Assembly (NCBI GenBank): GCA_963662315.1
Contig: OY759353.1
Span: 1,856,001-1,920,000, forward strand
Reading direction: 5' to 3'
Length of the DNA stretch: 64,000 nucleotides
Source of the DNA: Geopsychrobacteraceae bacterium
Lineage (GTDB): Bacteria > Desulfobacterota > Desulfuromonadia > Desulfuromonadales > Geopsychrobacteraceae
Part shown: one piece after another, positions 1-10,936 of the stretch
How positions within the stretch are numbered: the first letter of the stretch is position 1
How the letters are laid out: each line of letters opens with the position of its first letter
Notes under the pieces: generated by a model
Databases searched by the model: none
What the model saw: the letters and a program-made list of their open reading frames with translations, nothing else
What the model was told of the DNA's origin: nothing
Program-made: the position numbers and the translations under genes

Positions 1-166
1 ATCACATAGACATACAGGGATAATTCCGGGAAATATTTTATTTATCCAGTCTCTCCTCTCTGGGCGGAAACTATTGCTATACTTAATATATTCATTCAGA
101 ACAGTCAGAAACGCCCTATGGGGTATCCGGCCTGACCATGCACAGGTCTGAAGAAAGGAGACATGA

Positions 167-568
167 ATGCCACACCTCCAATTTGAACTCAACAAGCCCC
201 TGAAAGATAGCGACAAACGCGCCTTTGCTGAACAGGTCCGCTTGCTTTTTTCAAGGGTTATGGATACGGGAACCGATCACATCAGTATTTCGCTTCGTGA
301 GTTTCCAACCCATAACCTGTCACTAGGCCGGGTAAAAGAACCGGAGAAAGGGATTGCGCTGGTCAATGCAGATATCAGGGAAGGTCGTTCACTTGAGCAG
401 CGGCGAAAACTGGCCCTGGGTTTTATGGATTTACTCCTGCATCACTGGGGCATACCCAAAGAACACGTGTATGTGACCCTGACCGAGCATAAAGGGGAAG
501 ATTTTCACTTGGAAGAACGCTATCTAGCTGGCTGGCAAACCGGGGAAGATCCATTGGCCGGTATTTAG
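167..568 (+). CDS. Tautomerase superfamily protein (MIF/4-OT-like, two beta-alpha-beta units)
   Basis: N-terminal M-P (catalytic Pro1); GRSLEQRRKLA...WGIPKEHVYV pattern; SD AAAGGAG upstream. Confidence 0.75.
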   Translation: MPHLQFELNKPLKDSDKRAFAEQVRLLFSRVMDTGTDHISISLREFPTHNLSLGRVKEPEKGIALVNADIREGRSLEQRRKLALGFMDLLLHHWGIPKEHVYVTLTEHKGEDFHLEERYLAGWQTGEDPLAGI

Positions 569-589
569 GCCGCGCTACTGACCATCAAA

Positions 590-2200
590 TCAGTCAATGA
601 CGCGCTTGATCGCTTTTTGCAGATCAGCGAAACCAAACGGTTTGATAAGCGCATCGGAGAAACCAAACTGCTTAAGATTGGTTAGAACCGGATCATTGCC
701 ATAGCCGCTGGCAACAATCAGTTTTGCGTTGGGATTAAGGGTCAGAAGTTCCAGCCCCAATTGTTTACCGCCGCGCCCACCGGCAATATCAAGATCGAGT
801 ATAATGGCAGCAAAGGATTCTTTTCCTTGCAAAGAAGCTCGATAGAGATCTAACGCATCATTTGCCGTTTTAGCGGGCACAACTTTGCAACCAAGCTCTT
901 CAAGCATGACTGTAGTCATATTGCGTACCAGTTCTTGATCATCGACAAGGAGAACTTTATTGATCGAGTCTGCTTCCGAAGAAGCCTGCATAGTTGCGGC
1001 AGCGGCATCCGCTGAGGCCGGTAAACGCACAATAAAAGTCGTCCCCATCCCCACCTCTGACTTTACGTTAATAGACCCCTTATGCTTATTGATGATCGAA
1101 AAAGTCGAGGCCAGCCCCAAACCATTACCTTGATTTTTTGTCGTAAAATAGGGATCGAATATTTTTTCCAGAGCGTCTGGCGGAATGCCAACCCCCTGAT
1201 CAGTGACCGAAAATTGGACAAACGGGCGAGCGGCCATAGTCAGGTTCTCCGCTTTAATGCAAATGGTCCCACCACCAGGCATGGACTGTTGAGCGTTCAG
1301 AACCAGATTGGTAATGACCTGCCCAAGCTGTCCGCGATCTGCCTCGACCAGCCATAGCTGTGGGTCGATATCACATTCAAGCTGAACATTTTTCCCCTGC
1401 AAAATAAAGGATGCATTTTCTTCCAATATGGATCCCAACTGAATGGGGCGTTTAACCGGGTCTCCTCCTTTAGCGAAGGTCATCAACTGGCTGGTCAGCC
1501 CAGTTGCATTGCCGAGAGCTTTCATAGCGGCATCGAGTAACGCCTGGGCTCGATGGTCATCCGGCAGGGAAAACTTGGTCAACTCAATATTCCCCATGAG
1601 TCCGGTCAACAGGTTATTGAAATCATGTGCGATTCCACCAGCAAGAACGCCAAGGGATTCCAGCTTTTTCAGCTTTAGCTGATGTTCCTCGGACTGCTTA
1701 CGCTGGGTGATATTATCGACAAAGCACTCAAGATAATCCCCTTGCTCGTCACGCCGTAAAGACGCGTTGAGAGATACATCTAAAGAGGTGCCATCCTGCC
1801 GCATGAATTTTGTTTCAAAGCCAATGACTGAGCCGTTCACTTCAAGACGAGTGAGTAATTTTTCATAATCGAGGGGCAAAGCGAACAGCGTGTTGCTCAG
1901 ATGTCCGCTATGGGCCAGATCTGCAACACTGTCGTAGCCACACATGGTAAGCATTGCCGGGTTGGCAACGATAATATCCCCAGTTAAACGCGCCTGAAAA
2001 ATTCCGCCAAGCGCTCCGGAAAAGATCCGTTCGTACTTGTTGCGCTCATTGCGCAATTCTTCCATCTTTTTCTGCAGTTCTGGATAATAGCTCTTCCGCG
2101 CCGAAAATCTGCCAAGTCCGATAATCCCCTGCACACTCTCTTCGGCGGTGCCATCATGAATACCAGCAGCAAGATTCTTGTCATCAGATTCGTCGGTCAT
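590..2200 (-). CDS. PAS hybrid sensor histidine kinase/receiver (ErcS-like N-terminus)
   Basis: H-box AGGIAHDFNNLL, N-box NLVLNA, IFDPYFTTK..GNGLGL, C-terminal receiver (VLLVDD); N-terminal GLGRFSARKSYYPEL motif; start set at ATG 2200 (ORF track 2227). Confidence 0.9.
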   Translation of the reverse strand: MTDESDDKNLAAGIHDGTAEESVQGIIGLGRFSARKSYYPELQKKMEELRNERNKYERIFSGALGGIFQARLTGDIIVANPAMLTMCGYDSVADLAHSGHLSNTLFALPLDYEKLLTRLEVNGSVIGFETKFMRQDGTSLDVSLNASLRRDEQGDYLECFVDNITQRKQSEEHQLKLKKLESLGVLAGGIAHDFNNLLTGLMGNIELTKFSLPDDHRAQALLDAAMKALGNATGLTSQLMTFAKGGDPVKRPIQLGSILEENASFILQGKNVQLECDIDPQLWLVEADRGQLGQVITNLVLNAQQSMPGGGTICIKAENLTMAARPFVQFSVTDQGVGIPPDALEKIFDPYFTTKNQGNGLGLASTFSIINKHKGSINVKSEVGMGTTFIVRLPASADAAAATMQASSEADSINKVLLVDDQELVRNMTTVMLEELGCKVVPAKTANDALDLYRASLQGKESFAAIILDLDIAGGRGGKQLGLELLTLNPNAKLIVASGYGNDPVLTNLKQFGFSDALIKPFGFADLQKAIKRVID

Positions 2201-2243
2201 AAATCTCCACAAGTTATTGCAAAGCAATTAATATGGCAGTTAA

Positions 2244-3404
2244 TTACATCGCTTCTTCAAAAATAACTTCGACATCACGTTTTGATGCTTTGCGTGGATT
2301 GGTCAGCATGCAAGCATCAGTCAGCGCTTTGCTCGACAGTACCGGGACATCGGAGCGGGCCACCCCCTTGTGAGTCAGATGCTGAGTAATTCCGACAGCC
2401 AGTTTAAAGGCTGATATTTCTGCCATCAAGGCATTTTTCAGCTCCTTCGAGCTCAGACCTCTGACATCCATCGCCAGTGCCGCGGCAATGACCCTGAAAC
2501 GTTCAGGTGACGCATCGAAATTAAAAGCAACGACATGGTCAAGCAGCATGGCATTACACTCACCATGAGCCAGATCAAGAGTGCCGCCCAAGCTGTGAGC
2601 CATGGCATGCACGGCCCCCAGGCTGGCATTGGAAAAAGCCAAGCCCGCCTTCATACTCCCCAGCATCACTTTCTCGCGCAGTTCAACATTGCCAGGATCT
2701 TTTAGGACCGCAGGGAGATACTGATGAATCAACCGAATCGCCTCAATCGCTTCAGAATCGGTCAACACGCCGCTGCCCGTTGAGACAAACGCCTCAATAG
2801 CATGCGTCAAGGCATCTACGCCGCAGCAGGCGGTCAGAAAATGATCTGCGGACAGAGTTGTCTCGGGGTCAATGAGAGCAACATCGGGAACAATGGCTTT
2901 ACTGACAATCGCTATTTTTTTCAGGGCCTGGCGATTACTGATGATACAGAATTGTGAAACGTCAGCGGAGGAACCCGCAGTCGTCGGAACAAAAATCAAT
3001 GGGGGAACCGGCATGCTGATACGGTCGACACCTTCGAAGTTAAGGACATTCTGGCGGTTGGAACTGACAATACCGATAGCTTTGGCACAATCCATTGGAC
3101 TGCCACCACCAACGGCAACAATCACATCGCAGCCGTTGGCGTTATACACCTCGGTCCCGGCCATCACTTCTTCGGCACGTGGATTGGGCGAGACATCGGT
3201 AAAGATCTGAAACACAATATCGGCCTCGGTCAGACTCTTTTGCACGTCTGCAAACCAGGGGGTGGCTGCGACAACCTTATCCGATACCAGCAACACATGA
3301 CTGGCCATGAATTGTTGCGCATACTTACCAACGAAGTGACGGGCACCGGAACCGAAAATAATTTCCGGAGTCACGTATTTTCTCATGTTCAGAAATTGCC
3401 CCAT
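2244..3404 (-). CDS. Iron-containing alcohol dehydrogenase family, ErcA-like regulatory type
   Basis: GGGSPMDCAK, PTTAGSSAD, DALTHAIEA, GAVHAMAH, HGECNA motifs; lies directly upstream of the kinase; GAGGT SD before ATG 3404. Confidence 0.88.
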   Translation of the reverse strand: MGQFLNMRKYVTPEIIFGSGARHFVGKYAQQFMASHVLLVSDKVVAATPWFADVQKSLTEADIVFQIFTDVSPNPRAEEVMAGTEVYNANGCDVIVAVGGGSPMDCAKAIGIVSSNRQNVLNFEGVDRISMPVPPLIFVPTTAGSSADVSQFCIISNRQALKKIAIVSKAIVPDVALIDPETTLSADHFLTACCGVDALTHAIEAFVSTGSGVLTDSEAIEAIRLIHQYLPAVLKDPGNVELREKVMLGSMKAGLAFSNASLGAVHAMAHSLGGTLDLAHGECNAMLLDHVVAFNFDASPERFRVIAAALAMDVRGLSSKELKNALMAEISAFKLAVGITQHLTHKGVARSDVPVLSSKALTDACMLTNPRKASKRDVEVIFEEAM

Positions 3405-3709
3405 TAGTACCTCTCGATCTCCGCCAACCAAATAACGCATAAAATCGCAAATTATTTATAACTATAAATGACCTAACTCAGTAAAATAGTATCAGAAAAC
3501 ACAAGTGTTAACGCCAACAAAAGATAAAAGTCAACCGTACCAGATGAAATACCCCTCAATATTGATCTGGCACCATATAATATCGACACCATCACGCTCT
3601 AAATACCATATGTAGATGTGGTTAATTTGCTTGTTCAAGTCGGTATGTCGAACATAGAACGTCCTGCAGGGCTAATCAATGCAGCCGACCACCAAGGGTC
3701 GGCAACAAT

Positions 3710-3759
3710 AAAACAACAGCCGTCCCAGTGACGATAGAAATCTATCTTGGAGACGGCTG
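3710..3759 (-). terminator. Probable intrinsic terminator after the GGDEF gene
   Basis: CAGCCGTC...GACGGCTG stem followed by a T-rich tail on the minus strand. Confidence 0.5.
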
Positions 3760-3772
3760 AGAAAATAATTGG

Positions 3773-5515
3773 TTAGAGAAGATCGGTTGGTGCAGTAAAC
3801 GGGCGTTTTTTCTTCATTTCATCTTTATGAAGATACATCTTCTGATCAGCAAACACGAGTAGATCTTTAGCGCTCGCGGCATCTTCTGGAAAGATTGCTT
3901 CGCCAATAGCGCCACTGACAATAGAAATCGTATTACCCAGGGAGATGAGGGGCTCTCCCAAAGCCTTTTCCAGAGAATTGCGTATGTGGTCCAGGTCTGC
4001 GCGGCTATCAATTCCTTCCAGCAGGACAACAAACTCATCACCAGCAAAGCGGGCGACAAAATCGTCTTTGCGGACATGGGTCCGTAAACGTAAAGCCAGC
4101 TCAATCAGAGCCTGATCGCCTGCATCATGCCCGTAACAATCATTCACCAATTTAAAATCGTTGATATCAATAAAAAACAATGCCAGCTTCAGCCCCTTTT
4201 TACTGTTCTTTACCTTTTCAATTCCACTGTTTAACGCCTGTTCAAATGCATAACGGTTGGGCAGACCAGTCAAGTGATCGGTCTGCAATCGGTACTGCAT
4301 CGCCTGAAAACTTTTGGCCAGATCGCCGATTTCATCATTGCGCCTGATATTAATCGGTTCCTCGACAAAGCCGCTCCCGATTTTATTGACGGCAACTGAC
4401 AGCTGTTTCAGGTCTGTAGTCACCCAGTGCAAAATTTTAGTCCCGACAATAATCACGATAATGGTCGCGAAAACGCCGAGCATTACGGTCTGACTGATGT
4501 TGCTGCGAATCCCTCCCATAAAATCACGGTCAGGCAGCGCGACGATATCTATCCAGCGTAAGCCAGCACTGTCCGCAAACAGTTGAAACGCCACATTAAT
4601 TTTCTCACCTTCGTCGTTAACAAAGGAGAAGGTATTGACATCTCCCCCTTGCAGATCAACTTTAAGACGTGGCTGCAGGTGAAGATAGATCTGCCTCAGC
4701 AAGAGATTCTCACTCTCTGAAGCATTAATCCGCACCACCCTGCCATCATCCAATTCCCTGACATTGGCGCTTTTGGACGAGGCAATCAACGCACCGTCAG
4801 GTTCAATAATAAAAGCCAGCCCGTTGGGTGAGATGTCCAAACCACCAACAAAATCGTTAAGCTTGCGCAGCGGCATATCCGTCGCAACAACACCGGTCAA
4901 CTGCCCATCCCGGCCAATGACACGCCGGGCACGGGTCGCGACCAGGTCTTGTGTGCCGAAATCGATATAGACCGATGTCCAGATATCTTTTTTAGACGTG
5001 CGCGCAGCCACAAACCAGGGGCGGGTACGCGGGTCAAACAGTTTCTCTTCAACAGACTTAAATTCGGGAATTCCCCCGATCCCTTTAATAAGAAAACGCT
5101 GGCGATGATCTTCCTTCCGATACTTGACGCGCAACTCGCCAGTCTCCTCGGACAAGCGAAAGAGACCGATAGCCTGTCCTTGGACATTGCCGTAATAAAC
5201 ATAATTATTGGGATCAGTATGTAATGATGTAGCGATCCACAAACGTGTCAGGATATTGCTGAAATCATCCTCAATAGATTCAGGAGCCCGCATTCCCTCT
5301 GGAAACGCTGTTTTCAAGGTTGCCACCGAACCAACGACATGCCTGTCAACGGCTTGACTAATCCGACTGACGGTCTCATGTAACAGATGTTCTGATACAG
5401 TATTGACAGCTTTACTCCCCGCGGAATATGACAGAAATCCGATCGCCAGAGCCAAAGCAAGCACCAAAGCCACGTAAGGACAAATGAGAACTGTTTTCAA
5501 AGAAAATGGTTTCAT
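3773..5515 (-). CDS. Membrane diguanylate cyclase (Cache-HAMP-GGDEF)
   Basis: Two TM segments, FDPRTRPWF Cache motif, HAMP (DEIGDLAKSF), DHLTGLPNR and ARFAGDEF. Confidence 0.92.
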   Translation of the reverse strand: MKPFSLKTVLICPYVALVLALALAIGFLSYSAGSKAVNTVSEHLLHETVSRISQAVDRHVVGSVATLKTAFPEGMRAPESIEDDFSNILTRLWIATSLHTDPNNYVYYGNVQGQAIGLFRLSEETGELRVKYRKEDHRQRFLIKGIGGIPEFKSVEEKLFDPRTRPWFVAARTSKKDIWTSVYIDFGTQDLVATRARRVIGRDGQLTGVVATDMPLRKLNDFVGGLDISPNGLAFIIEPDGALIASSKSANVRELDDGRVVRINASESENLLLRQIYLHLQPRLKVDLQGGDVNTFSFVNDEGEKINVAFQLFADSAGLRWIDIVALPDRDFMGGIRSNISQTVMLGVFATIIVIIVGTKILHWVTTDLKQLSVAVNKIGSGFVEEPINIRRNDEIGDLAKSFQAMQYRLQTDHLTGLPNRYAFEQALNSGIEKVKNSKKGLKLALFFIDINDFKLVNDCYGHDAGDQALIELALRLRTHVRKDDFVARFAGDEFVVLLEGIDSRADLDHIRNSLEKALGEPLISLGNTISIVSGAIGEAIFPEDAASAKDLLVFADQKMYLHKDEMKKKRPFTAPTDLL

Positions 5516-5871
5516 AGGGAAGTACTAACCATAGATGAGGGGTCATTTGACGGACAAAGCAATAATCATTTAATGAAACAACAAACACGATATTTAGCCT
5601 TTTTAACCCATTACAGGCATTGCCTCCTAGTTAATTTTTATTCCAAAAAATCGTAATAAAAATTCGATAAGAGCAATCCAACCTTTTATTATTTCCCTTG
5701 AAAGACTGAAAAACAGGCCTTTCCGCGCGAAAAAACCCGCTGAAAAAATCCGCCTATATCTGTTTTTTTTCGCCTGCCTGCTCACATGGCCCATGGTTCG
5801 ATGTATAATTTTAATTATGCAGAAGAGAATTTATCCATTAATGACCCGAAATTCCTACGGGAGGTTCAAGT

Positions 5872-7944
5872 ATGGCTCAAGCAAGAACAAGAAAGGATAA
5901 TCTATCCCTCGATAACCATCTCACCGAAATAAAACTGGGCTCGCGGAAGTTTGAAAACGCCTTTCAGAGCGTTGCCCGCATGATCCTGTCCCAACCGGTG
6001 AAAAAGGTTGTTGTCAATGGCCGCACGACCTACGATTTTGAAATTTTCCGTACCGGAAGCAAACATGCCATCGGTATGTACGATGAAATCAACAGTTTTG
6101 TTTCTTTTGTCAAAGATGCCGCCGAAGGGGGCTCTTCCAAAGAGATGGCTTATGTCCTGGTTGGCGAACCTGGCAATGGAAAAACCTTCTTTGTTGAATA
6201 CCTGTGTGGAAAATATCGGGATTTTCTCCAGATTCCAGAAAACCGTAAGTACACCTTCCGCTTTACCGGGCTGGATCAGCTCAGCAGCTATGGTCGCATC
6301 GCCACGATTGAATCCCAGACTTACGAGGATCCCATGGTTTTGGCCATGAACCTGGGAGAAACCGTCACCCAGAGTAAAGAGTTACTGGCCAAAAATTATG
6401 GCTTTGACGATAAACAGATTGACATTTTCTACGCCAATTACCGCCCTCTGGGTGCGTGCAGCAGCTACATTCTTGAAGAACTGCGGGCGGCCACGGGTGG
6501 TAAGGTCGTCGACCTGCTGAAACATATCGAGATTATTCCGGTCCCCCTAAGCGAATCCCTCGGCACCATCACCGGCAAGTACGCAGCCAAAGATAAAATA
6601 ACCTCAAGCGCCGTCGACCTGCTCGGCGAGGAGTCGATCCAGCGCCTGCTGCATATTTCTGATACCAACAACCCTTACCGCTTCGATCTAAGGCGCGGCG
6701 CCCTGGCCAGGGTCGCGGGCGGGGGTATCCATTTCAGTGATGAGATCTATAAAAACAAGAAGGACCTGGTTCAGGTCTACCTGGGAGTTATTCAAAACCG
6801 TCTGATTGAAATGGACGGCTACAAGTGGCCGATTGACACCCTGATCATTGCCACCAGTAATAATGCCGAATTCAACCGTTTTCTGTCTGAGAAAGAAGAA
6901 GCACCGATTATAGACCGCTGCCGGATCTGTTATGTCTCGCATAACACCAACTATAAAATGCAGAAAGACCTGACCGATTACGCCATCGGTAATGAAAGCA
7001 AAACCACCTTTACCGGCCAGATCCTGCACCAGGATCCCAACCTCAACTATGCTGCCAGTGTTGCCGTGGTCTTAACCCGTTTACCACACAGTGAAAAACT
7101 GACCACCATAGAAACCATGAAACTGGCCGCTGGCGAAGTCGCCGGAGAAAAGAGCATCAAAACCCTGGCAGAAGTCATTGATATCCTGAACCAGGAAGCC
7201 GATATCACCAAACGTTTCGGCCAGAAAGGGCTGGGGCAACGAAATCTGGGGCGGGCCATTCAGCTGATGATCGAATCATCAGAAACCAACGAAGGTCAGT
7301 GTATGTTTGCCTACGACATTTTCAATACCGTCGAACGGGTCATCCTTGATTATGTCGCGGACAACAATGACCGCGCCAAATACCTGGCCGACCTTAAACT
7401 GGCCAAGCAGCTTTACCGTGAACGCATCATGACAGAGATGTTCAACGCCTATATGGACGAACCGCAGGCGATCCGCAAGGATGTCATGAGTTACGTCAAC
7501 ATGGTCATCGGCATTGACGCAGACAACCTGGGACCGGACAAGATGTGGAAATACCGCGATCCCCAGACAGATGAACTCAAAGCCCTGAAAATCGATCAGC
7601 GCTTCATTCAGAATGTCGAAGACCGCCTGGGGCTGAAAACTGAGGAGCAACGGGAAAGTTTCCGCACCTCGATCCGCAAGATCTACGGTCAGAAAATCTC
7701 TATCGATCCAACCTACAACTTCATGGACAATCTGGAGTTGGTCAAGGCGGTCACTGATGTCCGCCTGAAGTCTGACATTGCCGGGGCCGGATCACTGGTC
7801 GGCGCACTGGCCAACCGGACCAACGAGGAGAACCAGAAGCTTTATGATCGCATGGTCAATACCATGCTTGGCCAACTCGGGTACTGCAAAACCTGTGCAC
7901 AAAAGACCATCGAATACTTCTGTACCCAGGAAGATGAAAGCTGA
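5872..7944 (+). CDS. prkA: PrkA/YeaG-family AAA+ serine protein kinase
   Basis: Walker A GEPGNGKT; C-terminal LGYCKTCA; first gene of a yeaH/spoVR operon. Confidence 0.88.
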   Translation: MAQARTRKDNLSLDNHLTEIKLGSRKFENAFQSVARMILSQPVKKVVVNGRTTYDFEIFRTGSKHAIGMYDEINSFVSFVKDAAEGGSSKEMAYVLVGEPGNGKTFFVEYLCGKYRDFLQIPENRKYTFRFTGLDQLSSYGRIATIESQTYEDPMVLAMNLGETVTQSKELLAKNYGFDDKQIDIFYANYRPLGACSSYILEELRAATGGKVVDLLKHIEIIPVPLSESLGTITGKYAAKDKITSSAVDLLGEESIQRLLHISDTNNPYRFDLRRGALARVAGGGIHFSDEIYKNKKDLVQVYLGVIQNRLIEMDGYKWPIDTLIIATSNNAEFNRFLSEKEEAPIIDRCRICYVSHNTNYKMQKDLTDYAIGNESKTTFTGQILHQDPNLNYAASVAVVLTRLPHSEKLTTIETMKLAAGEVAGEKSIKTLAEVIDILNQEADITKRFGQKGLGQRNLGRAIQLMIESSETNEGQCMFAYDIFNTVERVILDYVADNNDRAKYLADLKLAKQLYRERIMTEMFNAYMDEPQAIRKDVMSYVNMVIGIDADNLGPDKMWKYRDPQTDELKALKIDQRFIQNVEDRLGLKTEEQRESFRTSIRKIYGQKISIDPTYNFMDNLELVKAVTDVRLKSDIAGAGSLVGALANRTNEENQKLYDRMVNTMLGQLGYCKTCAQKTIEYFCTQEDES

Positions 7945-7946
7945 GA

Positions 7947-9305
7947 GTGCCTATGAAATACCCGAAACAGTCAAACCCGCAGACGACCATCGTCAGGCGC
8001 GAGCAGAGCGGGCCCAGCAGAGAAGAGAAGGTTTCGATCGCGGACGCCTTACAGCGCCCCCCGGCGCCAATAAACGATATGTTTGCCACTGATGACCTGA
8101 CGGCTATGCAGAATATGGACATCAGCAAATCACCGGTGTACCAGAGTATGCGCAGCCTCGATGATCTGCTGGAGCGCGACCGAATCCGTGAAAAAGACGG
8201 TTTCCCGCGCAAAATAAAAATCGGCAAACTGGTCAAGCCTCTGCGCGGCAGTGGAAAAAAAGTCATCGTTGTGCCGACCACGGTTGAAGAAAAGTTTGTT
8301 CATGACAACCGTTTTAAAGATCAAGCCGAAGGCGGGCAGCAAGGTGGCGGACAGGGGGATGGCGAAGAAGGAGATATCGTTGATGAACAACCGGTCCATC
8401 AGAACAAGGAAGGCGAAGGGGAAGGTGCCGGACAGGGAGAAAGCAGTCCGCACGAAGTCGATGCCAGCGCCTATGATCTTGGCCGGGTCCTGACCGAGCA
8501 GTTCCAGCTGCCAAACCTGAAAGAAAAAGGGAAAAAACGCTCACTGACCCGCTATACCTACGACCTGACCGACAAAAATCGGGGATTTGGCCAGATTCTG
8601 GATAAAAAATCTACCTTGCGTCAGGTTCTGAAGACCAATATCGGCCTGGGAAAAATTACCGATCCGGACCAGATTGATCCGGCAGAGTTCCTGATCGCCC
8701 CGAAGGATCGGGTGTACCGGGTGTTGTCTCGTGAAAAGGATTATGAATCACAAGCCGTTGTATTCTTTATCCGCGACTATTCCGGCTCCATGGCTGGCAA
8801 CCCTACGGAGCTGGTTGTAACTCAGCACATTCTAATCTACAGCTGGCTGCTTTATCAGTATCGTGGTCGCGTCGACCTGCGTTTCATTCTGCACGACACC
8901 CGGGCCAAAGAAGTTCACGATTTTTACACTTACTACAACTCCCGGGTCGCCGGGGGAACCCAGGTTGCCGCCGGATACAACCTGATCAACGAAATTGTGG
9001 CCGAGGAAAGTCTGGCAACGGATAACAACATTTACATTTTCCATGGCACCGATGGTGATGACTGGGACCGTGACGGTGAACAGACGATCCTAGAGCTGAA
9101 CAAAATGCTGACCTACGCCAGTCGGGTCGGAATTACCATTGCGGAACGCTCACATGTCGCCCCCGGAACCACATTGATGGAGCTGTATCTGAAGCGTTCC
9201 GGGCTGCTGCGCCGGGCCAGTGAATCGTTGCGGGTTGATTCGATGAAGGACAATTCACCGGAAGACCGGATTATTGAAGGGATCAAGACTCTGGTTTCTG
9301 AATAG
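7947..9305 (+). CDS. YeaH/YhbH (DUF444) vWA-like protein
   Basis: Gly/Glu-rich linker, LPNLKEK, RDYSGSM MIDAS-like motif, GGT and FHGTDGDD motifs; start may be ATG 7953. Confidence 0.88.
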   Translation: MPMKYPKQSNPQTTIVRREQSGPSREEKVSIADALQRPPAPINDMFATDDLTAMQNMDISKSPVYQSMRSLDDLLERDRIREKDGFPRKIKIGKLVKPLRGSGKKVIVVPTTVEEKFVHDNRFKDQAEGGQQGGGQGDGEEGDIVDEQPVHQNKEGEGEGAGQGESSPHEVDASAYDLGRVLTEQFQLPNLKEKGKKRSLTRYTYDLTDKNRGFGQILDKKSTLRQVLKTNIGLGKITDPDQIDPAEFLIAPKDRVYRVLSREKDYESQAVVFFIRDYSGSMAGNPTELVVTQHILIYSWLLYQYRGRVDLRFILHDTRAKEVHDFYTYYNSRVAGGTQVAAGYNLINEIVAEESLATDNNIYIFHGTDGDDWDRDGEQTILELNKMLTYASRVGITIAERSHVAPGTTLMELYLKRSGLLRRASESLRVDSMKDNSPEDRIIEGIKTLVSE

Positions 9306-9316
9306 AGGAACGCCTT

Positions 9317-10936
9317 ATGCAACTGATCGATCAGAAAACCAAAACAATCATGGAAGGGTGCAAAGAACGGGCTCGCGATGCCGGCCTCACTTTTGAAGAA
9401 GAAACCCTCGAATACATTATCACCAACCGGGACATGATTGAGCTGATGCAGAAAAACATGATCCCGACCCTGTACGACTACTGGGTACATGATGTCGATG
9501 TTCTGCGCGAAAAAGGGAAATACGAACTTTATCCGCATAATCCGTATGAGACCGTCATCAACACGCGTCCGGCTATCTCGTTTTACAACGACAATAATCC
9601 GGACTGGCTCAACGTGATGATCTTTTATCATGTCATCGCCCATATCGACTTTTTCCAGAACAATCTCTACTTTCAGCACACCTGGGACTACGACCTGACC
9701 GGTAAAGCTCTGGCAGATAAGCGGCTCATATCCCGGCTACGCTCCGAACACGGCCGCTGGGTGGATTACATCATCGAGTTCGCCCGCGGCCTCGACAACC
9801 TGGTCGGCTATCATGCCGAGCTGTCAAAATTTCACAAGGTTGAAAACAAGTGCACTGGTCGCATCGATTATTACTTTGACGTGTTTCTGCAACAGGTCAA
9901 GCAGGCTCCCATCAGCGAATACATCGCAGAAGTAGAGCGCTACAACCTAGCCGTCAAAGAGCACGGCAATCTGGGTGAGGGGATTTTCTTTAGTGAAATA
10001 CAGAGCCGTCACCCGGAATTTGAAGCGGCTCTGGATAAATACCAGGCCAAACATAAACCCAAAAGTGCTGATCTGCTGCAATTCCTGATGGATCATTCTC
10101 CGTTCATCAACCGCACGGAAAACGAGTGGATGAAGTCAATTCTTGAAATCGTCCGCAGTACCTCCATCTATTTTCAACCCCAGGTCCGCACTAAAATCAT
10201 GAATGAGGGGTGGGCCAGCTACTGGCATGAGACCCTGTTCTTACAGGATGACCGGATCAAAGGGAATGAAATCAACTTTGCATGCATTAACGCCAAGGTC
10301 ACCAGTATGCCCAAAATGGGGTTCAACCCCTACGCTCTCGGGTTGCGCATGTTTGACTGGATTGAACAACAGGCTGAGCGAGGCTGTTATTCCTTTGAAT
10401 ACCAACGGCTGGCCGATCGCACGTCACGTGAGCAATTCCAAAAACTTGAGGCGTTTAGTAAAGGGCGTGAATTCATTTTCAAGGTCCGTGAAAACTACTG
10501 CGACTTTACTTTCATTAACAGCTTTATGGAGCAGGATTTTATCAACCACCACAAACTGTTTGTCGCCGGTCGGCGTCTCAACAAAGCCAAGATGGTCTGG
10601 GAGTTTTATATCCGCAGCCGCAAAGTCACCGACTATCGGCAGATGCTGTTTGATTCCCTTTATCATCCGCCCAAGATCGACATCGATCTGGACAAAACCA
10701 AGGATGACTGTCTCGTGCTGTCGCATGTTAATGAAGGCAAGCCACTGGTTGAGGAATACATTGCCAACACCATGCTTGGTATTGAGTACCTGTGGGGAGG
10801 TCCGGTTAAGCTGGCAACGGACGAAGCTGAGCTTATCGAAGACAAAGAGCGTGATCAGGATCTCCCTCCCAGAATCAACTGGACCAGAGTTCTGTATACT
10901 ATGCAGGACCGTAAGCTCAGGAAAGAAAGGCTCTAG
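9317..10936 (+). CDS. SpoVR/YcgB family protein
   Basis: YETVIN, HVIAHIDFF, TKIMNEGWASYWH and NPYALG motifs. Confidence 0.92.
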   Translation: MQLIDQKTKTIMEGCKERARDAGLTFEEETLEYIITNRDMIELMQKNMIPTLYDYWVHDVDVLREKGKYELYPHNPYETVINTRPAISFYNDNNPDWLNVMIFYHVIAHIDFFQNNLYFQHTWDYDLTGKALADKRLISRLRSEHGRWVDYIIEFARGLDNLVGYHAELSKFHKVENKCTGRIDYYFDVFLQQVKQAPISEYIAEVERYNLAVKEHGNLGEGIFFSEIQSRHPEFEAALDKYQAKHKPKSADLLQFLMDHSPFINRTENEWMKSILEIVRSTSIYFQPQVRTKIMNEGWASYWHETLFLQDDRIKGNEINFACINAKVTSMPKMGFNPYALGLRMFDWIEQQAERGCYSFEYQRLADRTSREQFQKLEAFSKGREFIFKVRENYCDFTFINSFMEQDFINHHKLFVAGRRLNKAKMVWEFYIRSRKVTDYRQMLFDSLYHPPKIDIDLDKTKDDCLVLSHVNEGKPLVEEYIANTMLGIEYLWGGPVKLATDEAELIEDKERDQDLPPRINWTRVLYTMQDRKLRKERL

